NCBI GenBank assembly: GCA_038214755.1
Contig: JBBQRQ010000032.1
Span: 1-48,184, forward strand
DNA from: Verrucomicrobiota bacterium
Lineage (GTDB): Bacteria > Verrucomicrobiota > Verrucomicrobiia > Limisphaerales > CANJXF01
DNA: 48,184 nt
Direction of reading: 5' to 3'
Shown: positions 1-7,899 of the stretch, piece by piece
Layout of the letters: every line of letters starts with the position of its first letter
How positions within the stretch are numbered: position 1 is the first letter of the stretch
Program-made: the position numbers and the translations under genes
The notes under the pieces: model-generated
Seen by the model: only the letters and a program-made list of their open reading frames with translations
What the model was told of the DNA's origin: nothing
Databases searched by the model: none

Positions 1-1323
1 GGGCAAGTGTCATCTGATGTTGGTCAGGGAAGTGTCATCTGATCTAGGTCAGTCTGCTACAGTTTTGAGCATGAAAAACTCTCTGAAAAAGATCGGCAGG
101 CGATGGTGTTGGCGGTGCGGCGCGGACAAACGCAGCGGCGCGTGGCCCGTCGGTTTGGGGTGGGGCTGGGACACTTGCAATACTGGCTGGCACGGACTCA
201 CGGACAAAAGCTGGCGCAGGTGGACTGGTCGGATCAATCCCATGCGCCGCGCCTGCAAGGTCGCCAAACCAAGCCCAGCTTGCAACGGCGCGTTCTGTCT
301 TTGCGTCACGAATTGCGGCAGGGCGATCTGGGATTCATCGGGGCACAGGCCATCCATGATGCGCTGCGCTCTGGAAACTCCAAAGCCAGGTTGCCGAGCC
401 TGCGCACCATCGGGCGCATTCTCAAACGGCACGGAGCCTTGGATGGCGTGCGTCGGGTGCGCCGCGCCTCTCCCCCGGCTGGCTGGTATCTGCCGGACGT
501 GGCTGCGGGGCAAGCGGAGCTGGACGCCTTTGATGTCATTGAGGACCTCCCGCTGGAGGCAGGGCCAAAGCTGGATGTGCTTACGACCCGGGCCCTCTGG
601 GGATCGGTTTGTGGCGCGTGGGTCAGTGCCGCTTTGCGTGCGCGTTGGCTCTGCGAAAGGCTGGAAATACACTGGCGGCAGCATGGTTGTCCGACTTATG
701 CCCAGTTCGACAATGATTCGCGCTTTCAAGGAACGCACACGCATCCCGATGTGTTGGGACAGGTCATCCGCTTCTGTCTTTCGTTGGGAGTCACGCCGGT
801 CTTTGCCCCGCCCCGGGAGCATGGGCCGCAAAATCTCAATGAGAGTTTCAACCATCTGTGGCAGCAAAAAGTCTGGCATCGTTTTCACCACGCCAATGCG
901 TCGGCCTTCCAAGCCACCAGTGATCGGTTCGTGGCCGCCTACCAGCAACGTCGCGCCGTTCGCGACGACCAGTCGCCCATCCGGCGAACCTTTCCCAAGG
1001 GATGGAAGCTGGACCTGCAACGTCGTCCCAAAGGCACGGTCATTTATCTGCGTCGCACGGACGAGACGGGAGCGATCCGGGTGCTGGGGCATCGTTGGGC
1101 AGTGGATGCGTTGTGGGTGCATCGTCTGGTGCGAGCCGAGGTGGACTTGGATGCCAATCAAATCCGCTGCTACCGGTTGCGCCGCCGCGCGCTGGAGGAG
1201 CAACCCCTGGCCAAAACTTTCCAATATGTGTTTCCTAAAAAACATTTTCACCCCACCTGACCAACATCAGATGGCACACCGATTTTCACACTTCCTCTGA
1301 CCAACATCAGATGACACTTGCCC
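1..1323 (+). mobile_element. Insertion sequence, IS481-like (rve/DDE), with 27-bp perfect terminal inverted repeats
   Basis: 1-27 GGGCAAGTGTCATCTGATGTTGGTCAG is the exact reverse complement of 1297-1323. Inner copies of the repeat lie at 31-52 and 1257-1278. A single transposase ORF lies between them. The left flank is outside the window, so no target duplication can be tested. Confidence 0.9.
103..1260 (+). CDS. DDE transposase (HTH plus integrase core), IS481-like
   Basis: 385 aa. N-terminal HTH-like segment (QRRVARRFGVG), PSLRTIGRILKRHG, and candidate catalytic motifs FDVIED, QFDNDS and NESFN. Bounded by inverted repeats. Confidence 0.85.
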   Translation: MVLAVRRGQTQRRVARRFGVGLGHLQYWLARTHGQKLAQVDWSDQSHAPRLQGRQTKPSLQRRVLSLRHELRQGDLGFIGAQAIHDALRSGNSKARLPSLRTIGRILKRHGALDGVRRVRRASPPAGWYLPDVAAGQAELDAFDVIEDLPLEAGPKLDVLTTRALWGSVCGAWVSAALRARWLCERLEIHWRQHGCPTYAQFDNDSRFQGTHTHPDVLGQVIRFCLSLGVTPVFAPPREHGPQNLNESFNHLWQQKVWHRFHHANASAFQATSDRFVAAYQQRRAVRDDQSPIRRTFPKGWKLDLQRRPKGTVIYLRRTDETGAIRVLGHRWAVDALWVHRLVRAEVDLDANQIRCYRLRRRALEEQPLAKTFQYVFPKKHFHPT

Positions 1324-1399
1324 GATTGTGTCGAATGATGCGGTCAGATTTGTTCGGCAGTAGAAGCAGAGGTTTAAGAGGCAGCGCGCCAAGGCGAAC

Positions 1400-1621
1400 T
1401 TATTTCAAGAATTCTTCCGTAGTTAGCCCTGCCTGCGCGATGATGGCGCGCAGGGTTCCGCGCGGAATGTCGCCCGGATGGCAGGCAATCATCGTTATTT
1501 TTTTGGTTTGGCGGTTGCTCCAAAATTCATGGCTGCCTTTCTCAGGATGCAGATACTCGAAGCCATTACTGCGCAGACAAGCTACAACGTCGCGGTATTT
1601 GAGCGATGGCAGCCGACTCAT
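1400..1621 (-). CDS. hicA: HicA-family toxin (mRNA interferase)
   Basis: 73 aa with the KGSH motif and the C-terminal HPGDIPRGTLRAIIAQAGLT typical of HicA. ATGA overlap with the upstream hicB. Confidence 0.9.
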   Translation of the reverse strand: MSRLPSLKYRDVVACLRSNGFEYLHPEKGSHEFWSNRQTKKITMIACHPGDIPRGTLRAIIAQAGLTTEEFLK

Positions 1622-1884
1622 GCGGGAACGGGCAGGGAAACCGGCAGGGCGAAATTCATCGACTTGGATTTGCGCTTGAAAACGCGGCGCAGCGCCGCTG
1701 GCAGGGACAGTCTCTCCGACAGATAAACTTCCATGAGAATACGCGCATTGGCCTGGGCCAGTTCCATGGTCTCGGCGCGGGTGCGTCCCTGCACCACGAG
1801 GCCGGGCAGGTCGGGGCTAATCGCCAAAAACCCGCCTTCGTCCAGCGCTTCAACCTTCACGTTCAACACGATTTCGGTTTCCAT
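1618..1884 (-). CDS. hicB: HicB-family antitoxin (short form)
   Basis: 88 aa. EGGFLAISPDLPGLVVQGRTRAETMELA is the HicB N-terminal signature. Adjacent to hicA. Confidence 0.88.
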   Translation of the reverse strand: METEIVLNVKVEALDEGGFLAISPDLPGLVVQGRTRAETMELAQANARILMEVYLSERLSLPAALRRVFKRKSKSMNFALPVSLPVPA

Positions 1885-2016
1885 GCGGCCAAGTTAAGCC
1901 CCGCCGCCGGGTTGTTCAATCAGGAATTCAATGCTTGCAACTGCGCGCGCAGCCATACGAAGTGGCGACGGTTTTCACCGGTGTGGCTATCACGATTGAC
2001 AATATAAAAACCAAAA

Positions 2017-2063
2017 CGCGACTAGAAAGTCGCTTAACCGGCAGGCTGGAAAGCCTGCCCTAC
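2017..2063. repeat. GTAG-type REP-like double hairpin overlapping the cytochrome stop codon
   Basis: GCGACT-agaa-AGTCGC (2018-2033) and GGCAGGCT-ggaa-AGCCTGCC-CTAC (2040-2063). The GTAG on the minus strand contains the TAG stop of the decaheme gene. Confidence 0.7.
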
Positions 2064-3655
2064 AACGTGCGGCCACCCGCATGAAATCCGTGGCAGGTTG
2101 CGCAATCATTTTTGACTCCGCCTTTGGGACTGTGACAGGCAACGCATGTTGATTTCATTGGGAGTAAAATATCTTCGGTTTTTTCGCTTTTCCGGGCGTC
2201 GTGACATTCCGCACACGTCACGTTGGGATGTTTGGAATGATCGAACTTGCCCCGCACAAACCAGCGATCAGGAATTTGCGGTTTCGTAATCGCCGGAACC
2301 ATTTCGCCGCGCGCTTTGACTTCGTGGCAGTAAGCGCAGCCGGGATAAAGCGCGCGCTCGTCCAGGGATTTCTTTGCGTTGCTGAAAAAAATCTGCCGCT
2401 CCAGATTTTCTCCGCTGAACGTTTCCGCCCGCAATATTTTCAACTGCTCTTGCACAAATTTTTTCAATGCGCCCTGTTCGGTCACACCTTTTTTCCGGTC
2501 GAGATCGGCGTATTGAATTTCCAGGCTGCGCAAAAACGCGCGCACTGCTTCGGGATTTCCATGCGGCAACTGAAGGTCAGGATTGCGCTTGTCGAATTGC
2601 AACGCGTGGCACTCGCGGCAATTGGCGGCAAAAGAAATTTTTTGATGAAACGCGCCGGAGGCATCGGGCTTGTGACAATTGGCGCAGTCGAGATGACCGC
2701 CGTTTTTTGTCCGCACCGAATCGCTCAGGTGAACCCGATGATTAAATCTAAGCGTGTCGGGGTCTTGCAAATTTTCCGCGTGAATCTGGAATTCGGGATG
2801 ATCGCTGGCGAATGAATAAAAAACTTTGGTGTAACCGCGCTCCGGCCTCGGCGCGTTGAAAACGATTTGCCCGTGTGGAATGCGAAAATCAAATGCGGCG
2901 GCAGAAAGCATTTTCCCTTTTTCCGCCGACAACTGCATCACGGTGCGGTCCGCGTGGCAACCATTGCAGTTGGCGCTGGCGGGCGCGCGCATCGGTCCGT
3001 GGCCGAGATGTTCGCGATGACACGCGGAGCAGGAAAAATCTTTTACGACATTCGGCTCGTGAAAATTATGTTGAGCGTGACACCGCTGACAGGATTGATC
3101 CAGGCGGGTCATGGCAGTTTCAGGCGGCGAAAAAAGTTTTGCAAATTGGAGCGGTCTCGGATCGGCGCTCATGGCCACGCGCGACCAACCGGCAATGTTG
3201 GTTTCCGCAGCGTGATGGCAATCGGCGCAAGTGAGGATGGCGTGTTGCGCGGAGATTTTTCCCGGAGAAATAAATGGCAACCGCGCCGGACTGTAAAAAG
3301 CGATGAGAAGTCCGGCGATGGTCAATGCCACAACGCACACGGTGAAAACTCCGCGCTTGCCGCGAAGGCTGCGCTTGGGCTGGCAACGGGGTACGGCGCG
3401 GCTGCAAGTTCCATCGGGCATCGGGCCGTGTTCGCACGGGTCGCCAAATTCTTTTGGGCGGGTGCATTTGAAACGTCCTTTGGTTTCGCCTTCACGCAAT
3501 TCGAGCGCCGGTTTGCATTCGAAAGTGGCGCGACAATTCCCTTTTGTATCAGGCCCGATGCGGCAGGGTTTGCCTTCCCTCGCCCAACCGCAGACCCAAT
3601 TTTGATTCGGGCGTTCGTATTGATTGAAATCGAAATCGGGCGAAGGCTCTTTCAT
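2060..3655 (-). CDS. Membrane-anchored decaheme c-type cytochrome with Cys-rich N-terminal domain
   Basis: Ten CxxCH motifs (CADCH, CQRCH, CSACH, CNGCH, CANCH, CRECH, CAYCH, CAECH, CVACH, CATCH). One hydrophobic helix follows KRSLRGKR. Eight Cys lie upstream of the helix. Confidence 0.92.
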   Translation of the reverse strand: MKEPSPDFDFNQYERPNQNWVCGWAREGKPCRIGPDTKGNCRATFECKPALELREGETKGRFKCTRPKEFGDPCEHGPMPDGTCSRAVPRCQPKRSLRGKRGVFTVCVVALTIAGLLIAFYSPARLPFISPGKISAQHAILTCADCHHAAETNIAGWSRVAMSADPRPLQFAKLFSPPETAMTRLDQSCQRCHAQHNFHEPNVVKDFSCSACHREHLGHGPMRAPASANCNGCHADRTVMQLSAEKGKMLSAAAFDFRIPHGQIVFNAPRPERGYTKVFYSFASDHPEFQIHAENLQDPDTLRFNHRVHLSDSVRTKNGGHLDCANCHKPDASGAFHQKISFAANCRECHALQFDKRNPDLQLPHGNPEAVRAFLRSLEIQYADLDRKKGVTEQGALKKFVQEQLKILRAETFSGENLERQIFFSNAKKSLDERALYPGCAYCHEVKARGEMVPAITKPQIPDRWFVRGKFDHSKHPNVTCAECHDARKSEKTEDILLPMKSTCVACHSPKGGVKNDCATCHGFHAGGRTL

Positions 3656-4476
3656 CGCGCACCTCCCGAAAAAGCAAAGACGATCACGATGTGAACAACG
3701 GAAAAAATCAACAGGCTGTAGGTGAGCGGGATGTGCGCGAAGAGCCAGGTCTTCATCGTGATTTGCAATGCGCGCTGATAATCCAATCCGTCTTTTTGCC
3801 GGACGAGGTCAGCGAGTTGTTCAGCGGTGGCGCGCTCCTTTTCGTCGAGAAAACGTTTCAAGTCTCCAATTTTATTGAGGAGCGAATTGAGCGAGCTGCG
3901 GTTTTCAAAGAGATGCGGCCAAAAGTTTTGCCGGCGCTCAAAAAAACTTTTCAGATGACGCAAATAAAAATCGGCGAGCGTGGTCGATTGCGCATCGGGA
4001 ACAGACTTGAGCGCAAGAGTCTCGGCCTGTTCCTGAAAGGAACGGCGAAGGGCGGGAATCCTTTCGTAGAGAACCTCGCCGCCGCGGGTGGTGAGGCGTT
4101 GCGGAATAACGCGCGAGACAAACAACCCAAAAATTCCGCTGAGTGTGACCAGCCAGTAGAGCAGAAAAAGAATGAGGTCGAACCAGCCCGTCGGCATTCG
4201 GAAACGAATGTGCAAAAGAAAAAGCACAACGGTCAACAGCCCGGCATAAATATGAAATTGCAGCCAACCTTCGGAGGTGCCGAGCGGGAGAAACGAAAGT
4301 TTTTTTCGCGCGTTGTAGAGTGACAAAATTACGATCAGGAAAAAAAGCAGCCAGCCGTAAATAAAAATCAGACGCGGAAGGCGCGGCGCGAAAATGAAAT
4401 GTGCGTAAAGCAAGGCGACTGCGAGCAAAGCCACAAAAAGGACGACGAAGCCGCGTCGTTTGACAAAGGAGATCAT
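3652..4476 (-). CDS. Integral membrane protein, putative di-heme cytochrome b / ferric-reductase-like
   Basis: 274 aa with about five hydrophobic helices. Two helices each carry H-x13-H (WLQFHIYAGLLTVVLFLLH; WLFAHIPLTYSLLIFSVVH). ATGA overlap with the cytochrome gene. Confidence 0.72.
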   Translation of the reverse strand: MISFVKRRGFVVLFVALLAVALLYAHFIFAPRLPRLIFIYGWLLFFLIVILSLYNARKKLSFLPLGTSEGWLQFHIYAGLLTVVLFLLHIRFRMPTGWFDLILFLLYWLVTLSGIFGLFVSRVIPQRLTTRGGEVLYERIPALRRSFQEQAETLALKSVPDAQSTTLADFYLRHLKSFFERRQNFWPHLFENRSSLNSLLNKIGDLKRFLDEKERATAEQLADLVRQKDGLDYQRALQITMKTWLFAHIPLTYSLLIFSVVHIVIVFAFSGGAR

Positions 4477-4492
4477 CGTTAAGCATCAAAAG

Positions 4493-4616
4493 AAATCCGA
4501 GATCCGAAATCCGAAAGAAATCCGAAGATCGAAATCTGAATACCGTCCAGCCGAACGCGATTTCGGATTTCGGATTTCGGGCTTCTTTCGGATTTCGGAT
4601 CTCGGTTTTCGGATTT
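4493..4616. repeat. Inverted array of AAATCCG heptamers
   Basis: Left arm is (aaatccg)n and right arm is (cggattt)n, sharing a 23-nt perfectly complementary core CCGAGATCCGAAATCCGAAAGAA. Same family as 18650-18817. Confidence 0.85.
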
Positions 4617-6337
4617 CATCGCTTCAGCCACTCTGCGAAAGAATCAATATCGTTCAAGTTCATTCTTTTCAGAGCGCCGTGCGGACACGCCCGTTCGCAC
4701 GACGGCCCGCCGAATTGTTCAACGCACAAGTCACATTTGGTCGCTTTGATGATCGGTTTCATCTCTTTATCAATCATGATTTGTCCATCGTCGTCGCGAA
4801 TTTCCACCATGCGAATGGCTTCGTACGGACAATTGTTCGCGCAGGTGTTGCAACCGATGCAGGTGCTTTGGTTAATAACAACCTGGCCGCCAAATGCGTC
4901 CCGATGAATCGCGCCCGTCGGACAACCGATCATGCAAACCGGATCAGCGCAATGCATGCAGGCGTTGGCGATCATAATTTTTCCGTTGATCGGCCCGCTG
5001 CGTAAAAAACGCGGATTATTATTGTGGGTCGAGGCGCAGGCACGCACGCAATCGTCGCAACGGGTGCAACGGTCCAGATCAATCACCATCGTTGCGGTGC
5101 CGTTGAAGAAGCGGTTCTCCGCCAAAAACTCCAACATGTCCGGACCGATTTTTGCGCTGGCGTCGATATCGGGTTTCGCGTCTTCCTCCTCGCGAGTCGG
5201 CTCGATCAGCGGGGGCAATTCCGATTCGGGGACGGTCGGGAGAACCACACTTTCGAGAATCGCCGTCGGGATAATCAAAACATGCGTGTAACCAATGACG
5301 CGCAAAGTGTATTGCAGTGGGATCGGCTCCTCATCTTTCTTGCGCCAGTTATGCGCGATTTCCTGAAAGCCGTAGCTCTGGCCGCCGCCGAGATAATTCA
5401 GCGTGCGATTGCCGTGGCCGAATTTCTGGCTGAGCCGAGCGAACCCGGCGCGAATCAAAATCATTCCGTTTGGATAATCGCCCTCCTGCGAGATAACCGG
5501 TTCGCTCTGACTGGCCGCGCCCGATTGGGCGAGCCGTTTGTAATCGCCCGACCAATCGTAATCGCCATAGGTGCCGAAGATGGTTTGGTCCATTACTTTT
5601 TGCAGTTGTTCGCCGGTGAGTTGCTGAAAAATGGGAATCTCGCGCAAGTGCGAAGCCAAGGCGCGCGCGCGATAAATCTTATCAATGTGATCGCGCAACG
5701 TGCTGTCGTAGCGCATCAGATCGCGCAAACCTTGCCAGCGGATCTCCAACAGTTCCGTCTCGTTTGTTTCGGCGAAAACCGTTGCGGTGCGCGGCATCCG
5801 GCTCAGCGCGGCGATCTCTCCAAAAAATTCTCCCGCCTCGATGGTCGCGGTTTTGTATTCGCTCAAAATGCGCGGAATGTCCTGGAGAAAAACTTTTACC
5901 TCGCGGTTCCGATCTTTTCGCGCCGCCACCCGCGAATCTTTTTTCAACTCGGAACCTTTCCGCGTCTCCGGTTCGTTCGAGTTGGACCACAGTTGCGCGA
6001 GGGACCGGAAAATTCCTTTCTTCTGCGAAACCGCACGACCCAGGATGGCCGCAGGCAAATCCGTCAGCGCCACGCGCACGCTACCAGACATAATCATGAA
6101 GGCGGAAGTTCCGTAGTCGCCGGCGCGCACCACGATTTCTCCACGGCGAAATTTTCTGATGCGCGTGTCGTGCTGTAAAATGTCGCGCAAGGAAATGCGT
6201 TTGGGAAATTTGCTCGCGTCCATTTCGCGGAACGGCGCGAGCGTGAGAAGCCGGTCCACTTCGGACTCCGCCATTTCTGGATCGAACGAAGCGTCCCAGC
6301 GTCCGGGGCGATCTAAGATGGGTGAAGCAGCGGCCAT
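4616..6337 (-). CDS. Cyclic-nucleotide-binding domain protein fused to a DmsB/NrfC-like 4x[4Fe-4S] domain
   Basis: Canonical cNMP cassette FFGEIAALSRMPRTATV and a second, degenerate cNMP domain. Cys motifs CTRCDDCVRAC, CMHCADPVCMIGCP, CIGCNTCANNCP and CDLC...CERACP. Start set at ATG 6337 because the ORF-track extension to 6454 is repeat DNA. Confidence 0.88.
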   Translation of the reverse strand: MAAASPILDRPGRWDASFDPEMAESEVDRLLTLAPFREMDASKFPKRISLRDILQHDTRIRKFRRGEIVVRAGDYGTSAFMIMSGSVRVALTDLPAAILGRAVSQKKGIFRSLAQLWSNSNEPETRKGSELKKDSRVAARKDRNREVKVFLQDIPRILSEYKTATIEAGEFFGEIAALSRMPRTATVFAETNETELLEIRWQGLRDLMRYDSTLRDHIDKIYRARALASHLREIPIFQQLTGEQLQKVMDQTIFGTYGDYDWSGDYKRLAQSGAASQSEPVISQEGDYPNGMILIRAGFARLSQKFGHGNRTLNYLGGGQSYGFQEIAHNWRKKDEEPIPLQYTLRVIGYTHVLIIPTAILESVVLPTVPESELPPLIEPTREEEDAKPDIDASAKIGPDMLEFLAENRFFNGTATMVIDLDRCTRCDDCVRACASTHNNNPRFLRSGPINGKIMIANACMHCADPVCMIGCPTGAIHRDAFGGQVVINQSTCIGCNTCANNCPYEAIRMVEIRDDDGQIMIDKEMKPIIKATKCDLCVEQFGGPSCERACPHGALKRMNLNDIDSFAEWLKR

Positions 6338-6345
6338 ATCAGGAG

Positions 6346-6517
6346 AACGCGGAATGCGGAATGCGAAACGCGGAATGAAGGAGGCAGAACCTTGGACTGC
6401 GGCGGCATGACGCCGCTTTGGTTGCATCGTCGCATTGGATGAAAGCGTCCGCATTTTTGAGAGCGTTCTCTGGCAAGCGGAGGTGAAGGAAAAACGGCGT
6501 CATGCCGCCGCAGTCCA
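6346..6517. repeat. Heptamer run plus inverted REP-like pair (TGGACTGCGGCGGCATGACGCCG)
   Basis: GCGGAAT-type heptamers at about 6346-6377. 23-bp perfect inverted repeat at 6393-6415/6495-6517. 6391-6419 is identical to 11691-11719. Confidence 0.85.
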
Positions 6518-6573
6518 TGGAACGTCGCAACCCACAGTGATGCGGGACGGCTACGATGGTTGTTTGAATTGAA

Positions 6574-7869
6574 TTACGCATCGAGGACCAAATCGCTTTT
6601 CGGTTTGCAAATGCAGGTCAGGCACGAGCCTTCCTCGGAAATCGCGCCGTGCTCGGTCACGTAATCGACGCTGCCGGATTTGATCGCGACCAGGCACGAA
6701 CCGCAGTTCCCCGCGCGACAACCCGAATCGATTTTAATTCCGAGTTCATCCGCCAAATCCAGCAGCGAACCCAACTGCGGTTTCCACGCGGAAATTTTTC
6801 CAGATCGGCTGAATCGGATTTGAAAAGTCGGCGCGCCGGGTTCGACCACCACAACGGGTGCGATTTTTTTGACGGTGGCCGGACCGAATGCCTCGAAGAA
6901 AACACTGGAATCCGGGACGCCCCACGCGGTGAGTTCCTCAGTGATGCTGTTCATAAACGGCCCGGGGCCGCAGAGATAAAATTCAAAATTGTTCGAGGGC
7001 AAAAGTTGTTTCATCAAAGTGACGCTGACCCGCTCGGCATGTTGAAAGTCGCGGCCGACTTGTTCGGAGTCTCGCGGCTTGCTGAAGCAAACATGGAGAT
7101 GAAAATTTTCGTGGTCCGCCGCCAGTTTCAGCAAATGTTCACGCTGAATAAATTCGTCGCCATTGCGCGCGCCGAAGAAAAACCAGATTTCGCGCTTCGA
7201 CCCGCTTTCCAAAATCGCGTTGGCCATGCTCAACATCGGAGTGATCCCGACCCCGCCGGAAATGAGAACGACGGGCGTTGGTTTTTGCAGATCGAGAAAA
7301 AAATGTCCGGTTGGCGCTTTGACATTGAGGATGTCGCCTACTTTCAGTTTGTCGCAAAAAAGTTCGGAGGCGAGACCGTGCGGAATTCCGGTCTGGTCCG
7401 GCGGCGCGAGGGCTTTTTTAATGGTGACGCGATAAAAATCTTTGCGATGACAATCGGACAGCGAGTAGCAGCGGACGACTGGTTTATCGCGGCCGGGAAC
7501 ATCGAGTTGGAACGTCAGATATTGTCCGGGCTTGAAAGCGGGCAGCGCCTTGCCGTCGTGCGGCGCGAGATAGAATGAGTAAACGTCCTGGCACTCCTTG
7601 ATCTTTTTTGCGATTTGAAATTTTCGGATTCCATTCCAGAGGGACTTGTTTTGTTCGACTTCCCGCAATTGCGACGCGGCGGCCTTGATTTGGAGCTTGA
7701 GCCGCTCCCGGGAAAGGCGGCGTTGCTCGCGCTCAAAAAAAACGGCGCGAGCCGAGGAATAAAGCATCAGCAGAATTTTCAGGAGCAGCGCGCCGATCAA
7801 AATACTTCCGAGAGTCAGGCCGATATTTCCGGCGAAAGCAGAATGAAGCCTCTGGATAATGGATTGCAT
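6574..7869 (-). CDS. Membrane-anchored FAD/NAD(P)H-binding oxidoreductase with C-terminal 2Fe-2S ferredoxin (FNR/PaaE/Hcr-like)
   Basis: Motifs RCYSLS, GGVGITP, YLCGP, EAFG and CRAGNCGSC...CLTC. N-terminal hydrophobic helix followed by a charged helical linker. Confidence 0.9.
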   Translation of the reverse strand: MQSIIQRLHSAFAGNIGLTLGSILIGALLLKILLMLYSSARAVFFEREQRRLSRERLKLQIKAAASQLREVEQNKSLWNGIRKFQIAKKIKECQDVYSFYLAPHDGKALPAFKPGQYLTFQLDVPGRDKPVVRCYSLSDCHRKDFYRVTIKKALAPPDQTGIPHGLASELFCDKLKVGDILNVKAPTGHFFLDLQKPTPVVLISGGVGITPMLSMANAILESGSKREIWFFFGARNGDEFIQREHLLKLAADHENFHLHVCFSKPRDSEQVGRDFQHAERVSVTLMKQLLPSNNFEFYLCGPGPFMNSITEELTAWGVPDSSVFFEAFGPATVKKIAPVVVVEPGAPTFQIRFSRSGKISAWKPQLGSLLDLADELGIKIDSGCRAGNCGSCLVAIKSGSVDYVTEHGAISEEGSCLTCICKPKSDLVLDA

Positions 7870-7899
7870 TTGGATGGAATATTGTTTACCAAGCCGCGC

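Noticed and set aside
4493..4616. CRISPR array (also considered at 18650-18817 and 44172-44332)
   Set aside because: The units are 7-mers in inverted runs with no unique spacers, and no cas genes are present.
6338..6454. N-terminal extension of the cNMP/Fe-S ORF
   Set aside because: Consists of heptamer and REP DNA. ATG 6337 is the more plausible start.
7615..7899. N-terminal extension of the tetraheme cytochrome ORF
   Set aside because: Overlaps the divergent reductase gene. The signal peptide begins near 7900.
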